Shown here: positions 63,021-64,000 of the stretch, in pieces
Position numbering within the stretch: the stretch's first letter is position 1
How the letters are laid out: the number at the start of each line of letters is the position of its first letter
Assembly (NCBI GenBank): GCA_976226885.1
Contig: OZ320317.1
Location: 74,958,001 to 75,022,000, forward strand
Length of the DNA stretch: 64,000 nt
Source of the DNA: Iphione sp. A-MEVVRFRX5
Taxonomy: Eukaryota
Direction of reading: 5' to 3'
Position numbers and translations under genes: made by a program
Notes under the pieces: generated by a model
Told to the model about the DNA's origin: nothing
Databases searched by the model: none
The model's input: the letters and a program-made list of their open reading frames with translations, nothing else

Positions 63021-63783
63021 TAACCTATCAGTCGGGTATATTCTCTTTAAGTGTGAGTTCTTTTTACAGAATGAGTGGACAATGGAGTTGTGCTTTCTGG
63101 ATATGTACATCCGAGAGAGGGCATCCGGAATAATTAACTCCTTGCCTGGGATGTGCGTGAATTTCAAGTCAATTTTGTTCTTCATAGCAGTTAACCATAC
63201 ATATCTCACTGGGGCAGCTAGTTCAGGGTCCCTTGGGGCAAATGCTGACATAGTGAATACTGTTGCTGTGTTGTCTGAACATATTTCAACCATCTTGCCT
63301 GTTAAGGAACGGGCCATCATACCTATAGCCATAGCAAGATTCAAAGCCTCCAACTTAGAGATTGAGAAATTCCGAAGAATCTTGTTTTTATGTCCATAAT
63401 AATACCTAGAGGAAACCGCCCCGAATCCCTCCAAGCATGCATCGACCATAATTACCTCATCGATCACATTCTTTGGAAACATTTGAATACCATTGTACTG
63501 GGGCATCGACATGAGAAACCATTTCATATCTTCTTTGACCTGTTGTGATATTATCACCTTAGTGGTTCCTTGTTTTATTGACTCCCTATACTGGTGAAGC
63601 AGGGCGCATACAAATAGCCTGGCATGTAGACAGCATCTAGAAATGAAGTTAATGTACCCAACAAATTTCTGTACCTCTTTTATAGGAATGGCAGTTGAAT
63701 TACATATAGTAGCTGCTGCAGATTGAGCCCTGCTGATTTTTTCTGGTGGTACGTACATGACTCTATTTTCTACATCAATGGTT
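62997..63783 (-). pseudogene. DIRS/Ngaro-type RT C-terminus + RNase H, 5' part interrupted
   Basis: VQKFVGYINF; MVDACLEGFGA; ISKLEALNL; ICSDNTATV; THIPGKELIIPDALSR. Confidence 0.88.
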
Positions 63784-64000
63784 TGTAACAAAGAACACCA
63801 CGAGCAGGTTCTTCAAATCGTCCGGCCTTTATTTCTGAAGCACAGCATCACAGGTTACACGGTCGTCTCTGGCGGGTCCCAACTAAGGACGCGCACCTCT
63901 CTCCTTATATACCAAACAGTGACGTAAACAACGCTACGAAAGTATGCAAAGCCCGCCACACTATCAGCAGCGGAAGTCTCCTTAGACAGCACACGATTGA
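63784..64000 (-). mobile_element. LTR (3' end) abutting or inserted into the DIRS RT; runs off the window
   Basis: Minus strand TATATAA, then AATAAA ~80 bp downstream, ending ...CTTTGTTACA; followed directly by DIRS RT codons with no PBS. Confidence 0.65.

Overview
AT-rich, repeat-dense animal genomic DNA, most likely a marine invertebrate (inferred from the TE families and spliceosomal introns), with three short N gaps. Only two host-type genes are supportable: an uncharacterised single-coding-exon ORF (1992-2921) and an intronless, GC-rich cytochrome-b5-fusion desaturase (30931-32226, minus) whose third His box is HIEHH rather than QIEHH. The rest is mostly mobile DNA. The standout is a full-length CR1/L2-group LINE (6961-13617, minus) with three ORFs: ORF1 (coiled coil + L1-type RRM/CTD) fused to a C-terminal NADAR/YbiA-like domain, a stand-alone SGNH esterase ORF, and APE-RT ORF2. 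It also has a 5' YY1 motif, AATAAA plus poly(A), and a ~95-bp target-site duplication. Also present: an apparently intact 4-exon Crypton tyrosine-recombinase transposon with a terminal hairpin, an intron-containing piggyBac, a second truncated LINE, a DIRS/Gypsy/LTR mosaic, a Harbinger remnant, and several MITE families, some carrying internal satellite arrays. All family assignments come from motif recognition by eye; no database searches were run.
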